DNA from: an uncultured Bacteroidota bacterium
Lineage (GTDB): Bacteria; Bacteroidota; Bacteroidia; Flavobacteriales; Flavobacteriaceae
Reading direction: 5' to 3'
NCBI GenBank assembly: GCA_902635895.1
Contig: CACPPV010000003.1
Span: 11,830-75,829, forward strand
DNA: 64,000 nt
Under the pieces are notes generated by a model. That model searched no databases and was not told where the DNA came from. It was given only the letters and a program-made list of their open reading frames with translations. Below, one piece after another: positions 56,341 to 64,000 of this stretch (position 1 is the first letter of the stretch; each line of letters begins with the position of its first letter). Both the position numbers and the translations under genes were made by a program.

Positions 56341-57315
56341 ATGTATCCATTAAATAGAAATAGAAGACTTAGATCAAAAGAATCTTTAAGAAACTTAATT
56401 CGCGAGTCAACAATTCATCCACACGATTTTATTGCTCCGCTTTTTTTAGTTGAAGGAAAAAATATTAAAGAGGAAATTTCTTCAATGCCAGACTATTATA
56501 GATATAGCTTAGATAATATTGGAAGAGAAGTAAAATATCTTTGGGAATTAGGAGTTCAAGCAGTTCTTTTATTTGCAAAGATCCCAGAAAACTTAAAGGA
56601 TAACACTGGAGCAGAAGCCTTGAACATAGATGGATTAATGCAAAGGGGTATAAAAGAAATTAGGAATACTGTCCCTGAAATTACGATAATGACTGATGTT
56701 GCTTTAGACCCTTATTCAAATTATGGCCATGACGGAATTGTTGAAAATAACGAAATATTAAACGATAAAACAAATGAAATTTTGTCCAAGATGGCATTGT
56801 CTCATGCCATGGCTGGAGCGGATGTAATTGCTCCTAGTGATATGATGGATGGAAGAGTATTATCTATAAGAAACATACTTGAAAAAAACGGGTTTCATAA
56901 TACTGCAATCATGAGCTACACAGCAAAATATGCCTCAAGTTTTTACGGCCCCTTCCGTGAAGCTTTAGACTCAAAGCCAGGTTTTGGAGATAAAAAAACT
57001 TATCAAATGGATTTTTGCAATAGGTTTGATGCTGTAAGTGAAGCAAAACTAGACATAAATGAAGGAGCTGATATTATAATGGTAAAGCCTGGAATCTCTT
57101 ACCTTGACATTGTGAGAGATCTAAAAAACACAATTGATTCACCAATAGCAATTTATCAAGTAAGTGGCGAATACTCAATGTTAAAAGCTGCAAGTAAACA
57201 AGGATGGTTAGATCACGATAAAGTTATGATGGAACAGCTTATCTCAATGAAAAGAGCTGGTGCAAGTATGATAGCCTCATACTTTGCTAAAGATGCAATA
57301 AAGTTAATCTCTTAA
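56341..57315 (+). CDS. hemB: Porphobilinogen synthase (ALA dehydratase)
   Basis: RRLR, PSDMMDGRV, active-site Lys region MVKPG, YQVSGEY; 324 aa. Confidence 0.95.
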   Translation: MYPLNRNRRLRSKESLRNLIRESTIHPHDFIAPLFLVEGKNIKEEISSMPDYYRYSLDNIGREVKYLWELGVQAVLLFAKIPENLKDNTGAEALNIDGLMQRGIKEIRNTVPEITIMTDVALDPYSNYGHDGIVENNEILNDKTNEILSKMALSHAMAGADVIAPSDMMDGRVLSIRNILEKNGFHNTAIMSYTAKYASSFYGPFREALDSKPGFGDKKTYQMDFCNRFDAVSEAKLDINEGADIIMVKPGISYLDIVRDLKNTIDSPIAIYQVSGEYSMLKAASKQGWLDHDKVMMEQLISMKRAGASMIASYFAKDAIKLIS

Positions 57316-57335
57316 ATTTTGATACTTTAGCTAAT

Positions 57336-58481
57336 ATGAAAAACAGAAAAAGTTTCATATTATTCTTTTGCATTACTTTTTTTGCATTTATTTTTAAATC
57401 AGATTTAATATATTTTTCAGAACTAGTTTCTACTATAACTAAAATTAAGAGAACTAAAGCAGACATTACCGATTACCTTTATTTTGAAAATATTGAAATC
57501 AAAAAAAGCAAAACACCTCAACCGTGGCCTATTCACACAAATTACAATAAAATAGAAACAACAGATGATTTAAAAGATCTTCATTCCGAACTTGGTACTG
57601 TGGCTTTTATAATAATTAAAAACGATTCCATTTGGCATGAAAAATATTATAATGGATACAATATGAATTCATACAGTAATTCTTTCTCAATGGCAAAGAG
57701 TATCGTCTCCGCTGCTATGGGCAAGGCTATTGAAAAAGGATTTTTTAAATCAATTGACGATAAAGTCAGTGACTACATTGATGGATACGATTCTGAATTT
57801 TCTTCAGACCTTACAATTGGTGATTTATCAAGTATGTCCTCAGGAATGGACTGGAACGAAAGTTATACAAATATTTTTGGAGTCACAGCTCGATCCTATA
57901 TAACAAGTGAACTGAACGAACTAATAAAATCTAGAGAAATTTTAGAACACCCAGGTAAAAGTTTTAAATACTACAGTAGCAACACTCAACTTCTTTCAAT
58001 GACAATTGAAAAAGCGACTAACAAGAAAATTTCAACGTTGGTTAAAGATTGGTTTTTAGATCCGCTTGGATTTGAAAATAATGTGTTTTGGCAAACTGAC
58101 GGAAAGAAAAATAATACAATTAAAGCATATTGTTGTTTTAATTCAAACGCCAGAGATTTTGCAAGATTTGGAAAGCTTTATAAAGACTTTGGAAAATGGA
58201 ACGGAAATCAAGTCCTTGATTCAGCTTTTGTTGCAAAATCAATTAGACCGAGGTTTGAAAAAAGTCCAGAATATGGCTTTGGATTTTGGCTTGGTGAAAT
58301 TGATGGAAACAAATTTTTTGCAATGAGGGGTATTTTGGGACAATACGTTATTGTTATTCCAGAAAAAAACATAATCATTACAAGACTTGGAGAAAGAAAT
58401 AATGAGAAAGATAATAACAGGCCAAAAGACTTTGATATCTATTTTAAAGAGGCCCTTAAAATGCTCGAAACTAAAGTTTGA
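57336..58481 (+). CDS. Membrane-anchored serine hydrolase of the beta-lactamase/PBP4* family
   Basis: N-terminal TM; SxxK motif in SNSFSMAKS; YSN-type second motif; 381 aa. Confidence 0.8.
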   Translation: MKNRKSFILFFCITFFAFIFKSDLIYFSELVSTITKIKRTKADITDYLYFENIEIKKSKTPQPWPIHTNYNKIETTDDLKDLHSELGTVAFIIIKNDSIWHEKYYNGYNMNSYSNSFSMAKSIVSAAMGKAIEKGFFKSIDDKVSDYIDGYDSEFSSDLTIGDLSSMSSGMDWNESYTNIFGVTARSYITSELNELIKSREILEHPGKSFKYYSSNTQLLSMTIEKATNKKISTLVKDWFLDPLGFENNVFWQTDGKKNNTIKAYCCFNSNARDFARFGKLYKDFGKWNGNQVLDSAFVAKSIRPRFEKSPEYGFGFWLGEIDGNKFFAMRGILGQYVIVIPEKNIIITRLGERNNEKDNNRPKDFDIYFKEALKMLETKV

Positions 58482-58484
58482 TTA

Positions 58485-60101
58485 ATGAGAGCGAAAAAAG
58501 TTTTATCCGTTAAAAATTATTCCTTAAAAATTGATGATAAAAATGTTTTATCTAACATTTCTTTTGAACTGAGAAAAGGAGAAATTTTAGGAGTTGTTGG
58601 AGAGTCTGGTAGCGGCAAGTCTTTAACAGCACTTTCTGTTTTAAAACTTTTAAATATACAAAACTTCCAAAGTGATGGAGAAATTATTTTTAACGGGAAT
58701 TCCCTAAGTCAACTTGAAGAATCCAAAATAAAAAAAATTAGAGGAAAAGAAATTTCAATAGTTTTTCAGGAACCAATGAGTTCTCTTAATCCAAGTATGA
58801 AATGTGGTCATCAAATCTCAGAAGTTATTCTAAATCATGAAAAAATAAGCTCGGCTTCTTCTAAAATAAAATCACTGGAATTAATTAATAAGGTTAAATT
58901 AAGCAATCCAAACAAAATTTATGAAAAGTATCCGCACGAGTTGAGTGGAGGACAGCAACAAAGAATAATGATAGCAATTGCCATAGCATGTAAACCAAAA
59001 TTACTTATTGCTGATGAACCAACCACATCTCTTGACAGTATAGTAAAAAATGGAATTCTTGAGCTTATAAAATCTTTACAATCTGAATTTAGGATGAGTG
59101 TAATTTTTATATCTCACGATTTAAATCTTATATCAAAGTTTGTAGACAATATTCTTATTTTAAAAAACGGAAAAATAGTAGAGAAAGGCAATGTTAGCAG
59201 CATTTTTAAATCTCCAAAAAATGAATACACACTTAAACTTTTAAACTCTACTCCTCCTAAAAAAAACAGACCTCATAGATTGTTAACCTCAAATTCAATA
59301 AAAAGCAAACTAATATCCGCCAAACAGAGAAAAGAAAAACATAAAATAATTTATGATCAAAGTCCAATACTTGAAATAAAAAACATCTCCGTTTCTTATG
59401 GAAAAATAACTGTCTTAAATAATATTTCTTTTGAACTATTTAAAGGTGAAGTTTTAGGGATTGTTGGTGAATCAGGGTCTGGGAAATCAACAATAGCAAA
59501 ATGTATTCTTGGTCTTATTCCATTAGGCAGTGGTAAAATAACTTTCAAAAGTGAAAACATTCTTAATGTTAAAGATTCTATTTTTAGAAAAAAAATACAA
59601 CTTATATTTCAAGATCCTTACTCTTCATTAAATCCTGAAATATCCATTGGAGATAGTATTGTTGAACCAATGATTGTCCACAAAATTTTTTCAACTAAAG
59701 AAGAAATGAAACTTAAAGCTTTGACTTTATTGGACCAAGTTGGTCTTTCTGAAAGTGATTATTATAAATTTCCTGATGAATTTTCTGGCGGACAGAGACA
59801 GAGAATAGTTATTGCAAGAGCATTGGTTTTAAACCCTGAAATTATAGTATGTGACGAATCTGTTTCCGCTTTAGATGTTTCTATCCAAGCTGAAATTTTA
59901 AACTTACTTAACGATTTAAAAGATATACATAAATTCACTTATATTTTTATATCACATGATATGTCAGTTGTCAAATATTTTACTGATAGAGTTATAGTTC
60001 TTAATAAAGGAAACATTATAGAGCTAAATGAAACAGATGCTTTATTTAAGTTCCCGAAAAAAGATTACACTAAAGCGTTATTAAAAGCAAGCAATTTTTA
60101 A
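58485..60101 (+). CDS. ABC transporter ATP-binding protein with two fused NBDs (Dpp/Opp-type, YejF/GsiA-like)
   Basis: Two Walker A motifs (GESGSGKS twice), two signatures (LSGGQQQR, FSGGQRQR), two Walker B motifs (LLIADEPT, IIVCDESV); 538 aa. Confidence 0.9.
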   Translation: MRAKKVLSVKNYSLKIDDKNVLSNISFELRKGEILGVVGESGSGKSLTALSVLKLLNIQNFQSDGEIIFNGNSLSQLEESKIKKIRGKEISIVFQEPMSSLNPSMKCGHQISEVILNHEKISSASSKIKSLELINKVKLSNPNKIYEKYPHELSGGQQQRIMIAIAIACKPKLLIADEPTTSLDSIVKNGILELIKSLQSEFRMSVIFISHDLNLISKFVDNILILKNGKIVEKGNVSSIFKSPKNEYTLKLLNSTPPKKNRPHRLLTSNSIKSKLISAKQRKEKHKIIYDQSPILEIKNISVSYGKITVLNNISFELFKGEVLGIVGESGSGKSTIAKCILGLIPLGSGKITFKSENILNVKDSIFRKKIQLIFQDPYSSLNPEISIGDSIVEPMIVHKIFSTKEEMKLKALTLLDQVGLSESDYYKFPDEFSGGQRQRIVIARALVLNPEIIVCDESVSALDVSIQAEILNLLNDLKDIHKFTYIFISHDMSVVKYFTDRVIVLNKGNIIELNETDALFKFPKKDYTKALLKASNF

Positions 60102-60548
60102 ATGGAATTAAGCTTAATATATAAATGGATTTTACAACTTCATTCCCTTTGGTCTATTCTAACTTTATCTCTTTTGATATACACAACTTTAAGATTTTTT
60201 TACAAACTGTCAAAAAATAAAATATTTACTCCTCTTGATTTAAGAATCGCTTTGTTTGCTTTGACTTTTTCTTCTTTTCAATTTATAATTGGGTTTGTTT
60301 TATATTTTATATCTCCCAATTTGAATCAATGGGGAAACCCCATAAATGAAATTTTTAACAATGGAATTTATTTGTTCAATTTAATTACATTTCCAATTCT
60401 TAACATATTTGGCATTTTATCTATATCTATTGGATGGTCTCTATTTAAAAAAGCAAAAACCAATAAGAAAAGATTTTTAAGAATCTCGTTTTTTTATATG
60501 ATTGGCTCCCTATCTTTTTTTATTATATTTTATAAAAATTACATATAA
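60102..60548 (+). CDS. Small 4-TM membrane protein, function unknown
   Basis: 148 aa; the ATG immediately follows the ABC gene stop (TAAATG). Confidence 0.55.
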   Translation: MELSLIYKWILQLHSLWSILTLSLLIYTTLRFFYKLSKNKIFTPLDLRIALFALTFSSFQFIIGFVLYFISPNLNQWGNPINEIFNNGIYLFNLITFPILNIFGILSISIGWSLFKKAKTNKKRFLRISFFYMIGSLSFFIIFYKNYI

Positions 60549-60551
60549 AAA

Positions 60552-60581
60552 AACACTCTCTTTTTTTTTAAAGAGAGTGTT
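60552..60581. terminator. Strong 12-bp stem hairpin after the hem-ABC gene string
   Basis: AACACTCTCTTT-TTTTTT-AAAGAGAGTGTT. The T-tail lies on the reverse-strand side only. Confidence 0.45.
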
Positions 60582-60675
60582 AAAACCAAACTATTAATAA
60601 CTATTGAATTTTATCATGTTAAATTTAATTTTAAATTAGGTGATAGATTCACAAAATTTTGTTAATCTTTATAAA

Positions 60676-61665
60676 ATGAATTTAAAATATGGTGTTCTTG
60701 GTGGTGGAAGTTGGGGTACTGCGATTGTAAAAATGCTTTGTGAAAACAACGATTCGATAAATTGGTACGTAAGAAGTGATGAGGATGTATCATTTTTAAA
60801 AGAAAAAGGGAAAAATCCAAAATATTTACGTTCAGTCAATCTCCAAAATAAAAAACTTAATATAAGCTCGTCTATTACAAAAATTTCTGAAGAGTCAGAT
60901 TTAATAATAATAGCAATCCCATCGCCATTTGTCGATACAGAGTTAAAAAAAATTAAACATTTGCTTTCTGAAAAAATTATTTTTTCAGCACTTAAGGGCG
61001 TTGTTCCAACTTCTCATTTGATAGTAAGCGAACATTTAAATAAATTCTATGAAGTACCTTTTTCTAATATTGGAATTCTTACAGGGCCTTGTCATGCAGA
61101 GGAAGTTGCATTAGAAAAGCTTTCCTATCTAACAATTGCATGCCAAAATCAGGAAATAGGCTTAAAGTTAAGATCTGATTTAAGCTCCAACTACATTTAT
61201 GTCAAATATTCAAAAGATACTATGGGTGTTGAATATGCTGCTATGCTAAAGAATGTCTACGCCATTGTTGCTGGAATATGTCACGGTCTTGGTTATGGGG
61301 ATAATTATCAAAGTGTTTTGATAAGCAGTTGTGTTAGAGAAATGAAAAAATTTGTTCAAAAAATTTACAATACAAAAAGAGATATTAACGACTCAGAATA
61401 CCTTGGAGATTTACTTGTTACTTGTTATTCTTCTTTTAGTAGAAATAGAACCCTGGGGAATATGCTTGGAAAAGGCTATACCTTAAAATCTGCGATATCC
61501 GAAATGTCTATGATAGCTGAAGGATATTATGCAACAAAAAATACATATGAACTTATTGAAAAAAACATTTCTGAATTTGAAATAATTTCTTCTGCTTATG
61601 AGATTTTATACAATAACAAAAACCCAAAAAAAATAATAAAAAAACTTAGTGTAAGTTTAGATTGA
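60676..61665 (+). CDS. gpsA: NAD(P)H-dependent glycerol-3-phosphate dehydrogenase
   Basis: GGGSWGTA dinucleotide fold, KNV(Y)AI and AEG motifs. The ORF-track start is 60640; ATG 60676 ([11 protein letters not shown]) is preferred. Confidence 0.9.
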   Translation: MNLKYGVLGGGSWGTAIVKMLCENNDSINWYVRSDEDVSFLKEKGKNPKYLRSVNLQNKKLNISSSITKISEESDLIIIAIPSPFVDTELKKIKHLLSEKIIFSALKGVVPTSHLIVSEHLNKFYEVPFSNIGILTGPCHAEEVALEKLSYLTIACQNQEIGLKLRSDLSSNYIYVKYSKDTMGVEYAAMLKNVYAIVAGICHGLGYGDNYQSVLISSCVREMKKFVQKIYNTKRDINDSEYLGDLLVTCYSSFSRNRTLGNMLGKGYTLKSAISEMSMIAEGYYATKNTYELIEKNISEFEIISSAYEILYNNKNPKKIIKKLSVSLD

Positions 61666-62676
61666 GCCTTTAAATTGATTGTTAAATCTAATATCATTAT
61701 CATATAGAATTCTAATGTCTTCTATTTGATATAAGAGCATTGCAATACGTTCAATCCCCATGCCAAATGCAAAGCCAGAATATTTGTTAGAATCAATTTT
61801 ACAGTTATCCAAAACATTAGGATCAACCATTCCACACCCCATTATTTCAAGCCAACCTGTTCCCTTGGTTATTCTATAATCTGTCTCAGAATTTAGTCCC
61901 CAGTAAATATCAACTTCGGCACTTGGTTCAGTAAAGGGGAAATAAGATGGTCTTAATCTTATTTTAGATTTTCCAAATAATTCTTTTGTAAAGAAAAGTA
62001 AAGTTTGCTTTAAATCAGCAAAAGAAACATTTTGATCAATATATAACCCCTCAATTTGATGAAAAAAACAATGAGAACGAGCAGAAATGTCTTCATTTCT
62101 ATAAACTCTTCCTGGGGAAATTGTTCTAATTGGCGGGGCATTATTCTCCATATGTCTTATCTGAACAGAAGAGGTGTGAGTTCTAAGCAGCAAGTCAGGA
62201 TCTTTTTTTATAAAAAAAGTGTCTTGCATGTCTCTAGCGGGATGGTGTAATGGTAAATTTAAAGCAGTAAAGTTGTGCCAATCATCTTCTATTTCTGGTC
62301 CTTCAGAGGTATTAAATCCAATTTTATAAAAAATATCTATAATTTTATCTCTTATTATTGAAATTGGATGTCTAGAGCCTAGATCAATCATTTCGGCTGG
62401 CCTTGTTAAATCAATATTTTCTGAGCTATTAATAGATTGTTTTTTGACAGATTTTTTTAATTCCTCTAATTTATTGTTAGCTACTGATTTAAGCTTATTA
62501 ATTGCTTTTCCAAAATCTTTTTTTTTGGATACATCAACTTTTTTAAACTCAGAGAAATATTTATTTATATGTCCTTTTTTTCCGAAAAATTCTATTCTAA
62601 ATTTTTCAATTTCACCAATATTTTGACTCGAAAAATCTAAAACTTCTTTTACTTTACTTTCAATTTCTTCAATCAT
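61657..62676 (-). CDS. pheS: Phenylalanine--tRNA ligase alpha subunit
   Basis: [32 protein letters not shown]; 339 aa. Confidence 0.95.
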   Translation of the reverse strand: MIEEIESKVKEVLDFSSQNIGEIEKFRIEFFGKKGHINKYFSEFKKVDVSKKKDFGKAINKLKSVANNKLEELKKSVKKQSINSSENIDLTRPAEMIDLGSRHPISIIRDKIIDIFYKIGFNTSEGPEIEDDWHNFTALNLPLHHPARDMQDTFFIKKDPDLLLRTHTSSVQIRHMENNAPPIRTISPGRVYRNEDISARSHCFFHQIEGLYIDQNVSFADLKQTLLFFTKELFGKSKIRLRPSYFPFTEPSAEVDIYWGLNSETDYRITKGTGWLEIMGCGMVDPNVLDNCKIDSNKYSGFAFGMGIERIAMLLYQIEDIRILYDNDIRFNNQFKGSI

Positions 62677-62714
62677 ACATTAGTATCTAAAGCTTCAAAA
62701 ATACAGAATTTGAT

Positions 62715-63062
62715 TTATTCAATGAGTTGTTTTTCAATAAAATAATTTATGATTGCTTCTTTCATTAAAACACTTTGTTCCCCAGGCTTTAAGTTTGGTA
62801 ATTTGGACATAGTTTTATAGTGAGGCCAGCCTTCACTATCAACATACTCGAATTTATAATATCCTAAAGGCTCTAATAAACGACAAATAGCAATATGCAT
62901 CAAATCAATTTTTTGATCTTTTGTAAATTTAATATCAGTTTTTCCAAGTTCTTGTAACCCTATTAAGAAAATTACACTCTCTAAATCTAGTTTTTCATCC
63001 GAACTAAATTTTTCAGACAAATAATCCAAAATCAGATTCCACTTTTCTTTTAAACCTTTCAT
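62715..63062 (-). CDS. Hypothetical cytoplasmic protein
   Basis: 115 aa ORF with no recognisable motif; compact spacing to pheS. Confidence 0.5.
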   Translation of the reverse strand: MKGLKEKWNLILDYLSEKFSSDEKLDLESVIFLIGLQELGKTDIKFTKDQKIDLMHIAICRLLEPLGYYKFEYVDSEGWPHYKTMSKLPNLKPGEQSVLMKEAIINYFIEKQLIE

Positions 63063-63098
63063 TTAATTAATTGTATAATTTGGTGAAAACAATATACC

Positions 63099-63106
63099 TA
63101 TATTTG
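63099..63106 (+). promoter_or_regulatory. -7 box TATATTTG upstream of cvpA
   Basis: Exact TAnnTTTG within TATATTTGCAAATAAAAAA, 11 nt before TTG 63118. Confidence 0.5.
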
Positions 63107-63117
63107 CAAATAAAAAA

Positions 63118-63633
63118 TTGAATTACGTTGATATTTTTATTGTTTGTTTAATCCTTTTGGGATTCTACAGAGGATTCTCAAAAGGTCTAATCATTGAACT
63201 TAGTTCTTTTTTAGCAATTGTTTTAGGCATTTACGGCTCTATAAAATTTTCAGAAATAACTTTAAATTTTATTAATAGTGCTTTTTCAAGTCAACTTGAG
63301 TCCATTGACGAAAGCTATTTAAAAATTTTCTCTTATGCTTTCACTTTCATTATTATAATTATTTCAATATCTCTATTGGCTAGATTTTTAACGAAAATTA
63401 TTAAAATATTACTGTTGGGATGGATCAATAAAGTATTAGGAGGTCTCTTTGGTTCATTAAAATACCTCGTTTTAATTTCATTTGTTGTAGTGTTTTTTGA
63501 TAATATAAACTCAGAGTTTTCAGTTGTTGAAACAAAAGAGGTCGAAAAAATAATGCTTTTTAAACCATTTTTAGAAGTTGGTAATAATTTGTTAAAAATT
63601 GTTAACTACGATTCAATTGATTTTTTTGATTGA
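63118..63633 (+). CDS. cvpA: CvpA family membrane protein
   Basis: 171 aa, 4 TM; N-terminal DIFIVCLILLGFYRGFSKGLI pattern typical of CvpA. Confidence 0.72.
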   Translation: MNYVDIFIVCLILLGFYRGFSKGLIIELSSFLAIVLGIYGSIKFSEITLNFINSAFSSQLESIDESYLKIFSYAFTFIIIIISISLLARFLTKIIKILLLGWINKVLGGLFGSLKYLVLISFVVVFFDNINSEFSVVETKEVEKIMLFKPFLEVGNNLLKIVNYDSIDFFD

Positions 63634-64000
63634 TCTTAGTTCTAACCAACCATTTGAGCCGTTGCTCAATTCTACCAAAACCCAATCATTCAACTCTTCT
63701 TTAATTTTTACTTTAGTTCCCTCGTGTAAATTGAATTGGATTTCACTTCTGTAATTTGGCTCTGTTCTAAAATCAATTTTTTTATCAAAGATTATAGCTT
63801 CAATTTTTGTTTGTTGGTTTTCAAATTTTGTAATTCCCATCAAAATAAAAACAATTGATATGCAAAAAAGAATTGAAGAAAATGTAAAGTATTTTTTTTT
63901 AGAATTACTATCTCTTTTAAAGTAATATAGTGTGAATAAAATTAAAAAAATATAGCTTGAAATTATTCCAATAATTAGCCATTGATTTATTGAAAATATG
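63613..64000 (-). CDS. Membrane protein with C-terminal bacterial SH3 domain (BatE-like?); N-terminus lies outside the window
   Basis: The ORF track shows only 63613-63843, but the same frame stays open to base 64000 (..IFSINQWLIIGIISSYIFLILFTLYYFKRDSNSKKKYFTFSSILFCISIVFIL..). This adds two TM helices upstream of the SH3-like EGTKVKIKEELNDWVLVELSNGSNGWL. Confidence 0.7.
   Translation of the reverse strand, partial: IFSINQWLIIGIISSYIFLILFTLYYFKRDSNSKKKYFTFSSILFCISIVFILMGITKFENQQTKIEAIIFDKKIDFRTEPNYRSEIQFNLHEGTKVKIKEELNDWVLVELSNGSNGWLELRSIKKIN

Noticed and set aside
1-64000. Looked for genomic-island signatures: integrase, transposase or recombinase genes, flanking tRNAs, direct repeats at boundaries, CRISPR repeats, toxin-antitoxin or restriction-modification genes, and abrupt compositional shifts.
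   Set aside because: None found. Composition looks uniformly AT-rich, and almost every gene has a housekeeping or conserved-family assignment. I found no evidence for a mobile element or defence system in this window.

Overview
Very AT-rich, extremely gene-dense segment (about 97 % coding by my tally of the ORF coordinates). It reads as core chromosome of a streamlined Flavobacteriia (Bacteroidota) genome; I cannot name the species. The taxon call rests on several signals: Bacteroidota-type -7 promoter boxes (TAnnTTTG) in most intergenic gaps, A-rich rather than Shine-Dalgarno start contexts, hemJ, the DUF4270-like/GT5-like/panCD neighbourhood, a TonB-dependent receptor with a carboxypeptidase-regulatory-like N-domain, and an NrdB with an N-terminal ATP-cone.

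I call 60 protein-coding genes. Two run off the window edges and are missing or truncated in the ORF track. I see no rRNA, tRNA, CRISPR array, transposase, integrase, phage or recognisable defence genes, so this is mostly an ordinary housekeeping region.

Functional blocks:
- panCD, radA, xth and glyQS
- sdhCAB
- a divalent-metal block: Sco + P19/Tp34-like protein, convergent with a DtxR/MntR-ZIP-TonB receptor operon
- a TetR-TolC-MFP-RND efflux operon
- aspS, csp, tadA and dgt
- a porin + PiT phosphate pair
- a class Id-type nrdBA operon
- a large divergent heme-biosynthesis cluster: AraC-hemH-hemJ-histidine kinase on one strand, hemACDEFB on the other
- gpsA and pheS

Most worth a second look:
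1. The only large non-coding stretch, 530 bp upstream of nrdB. It holds a promoter-like element, a 14-codon uORF that ends inside a terminator hairpin, a second perfect hairpin and a flanking direct repeat.
2. The ATP-cone-NrdB ribonucleotide reductase itself.
3. A bacterial homologue of mammalian serum paraoxonase with all catalytic and Ca ligand motifs.
4. The metal-uptake operon that pairs an outer-membrane TonB receptor with an inner-membrane ZIP transporter.
5. Palindromes and direct repeats in the AraC/hemA divergent region.
6. An RND pump with an extra roughly 95-residue, two-helix insertion.

All functional calls come from by-eye motif recognition. No database search was possible.
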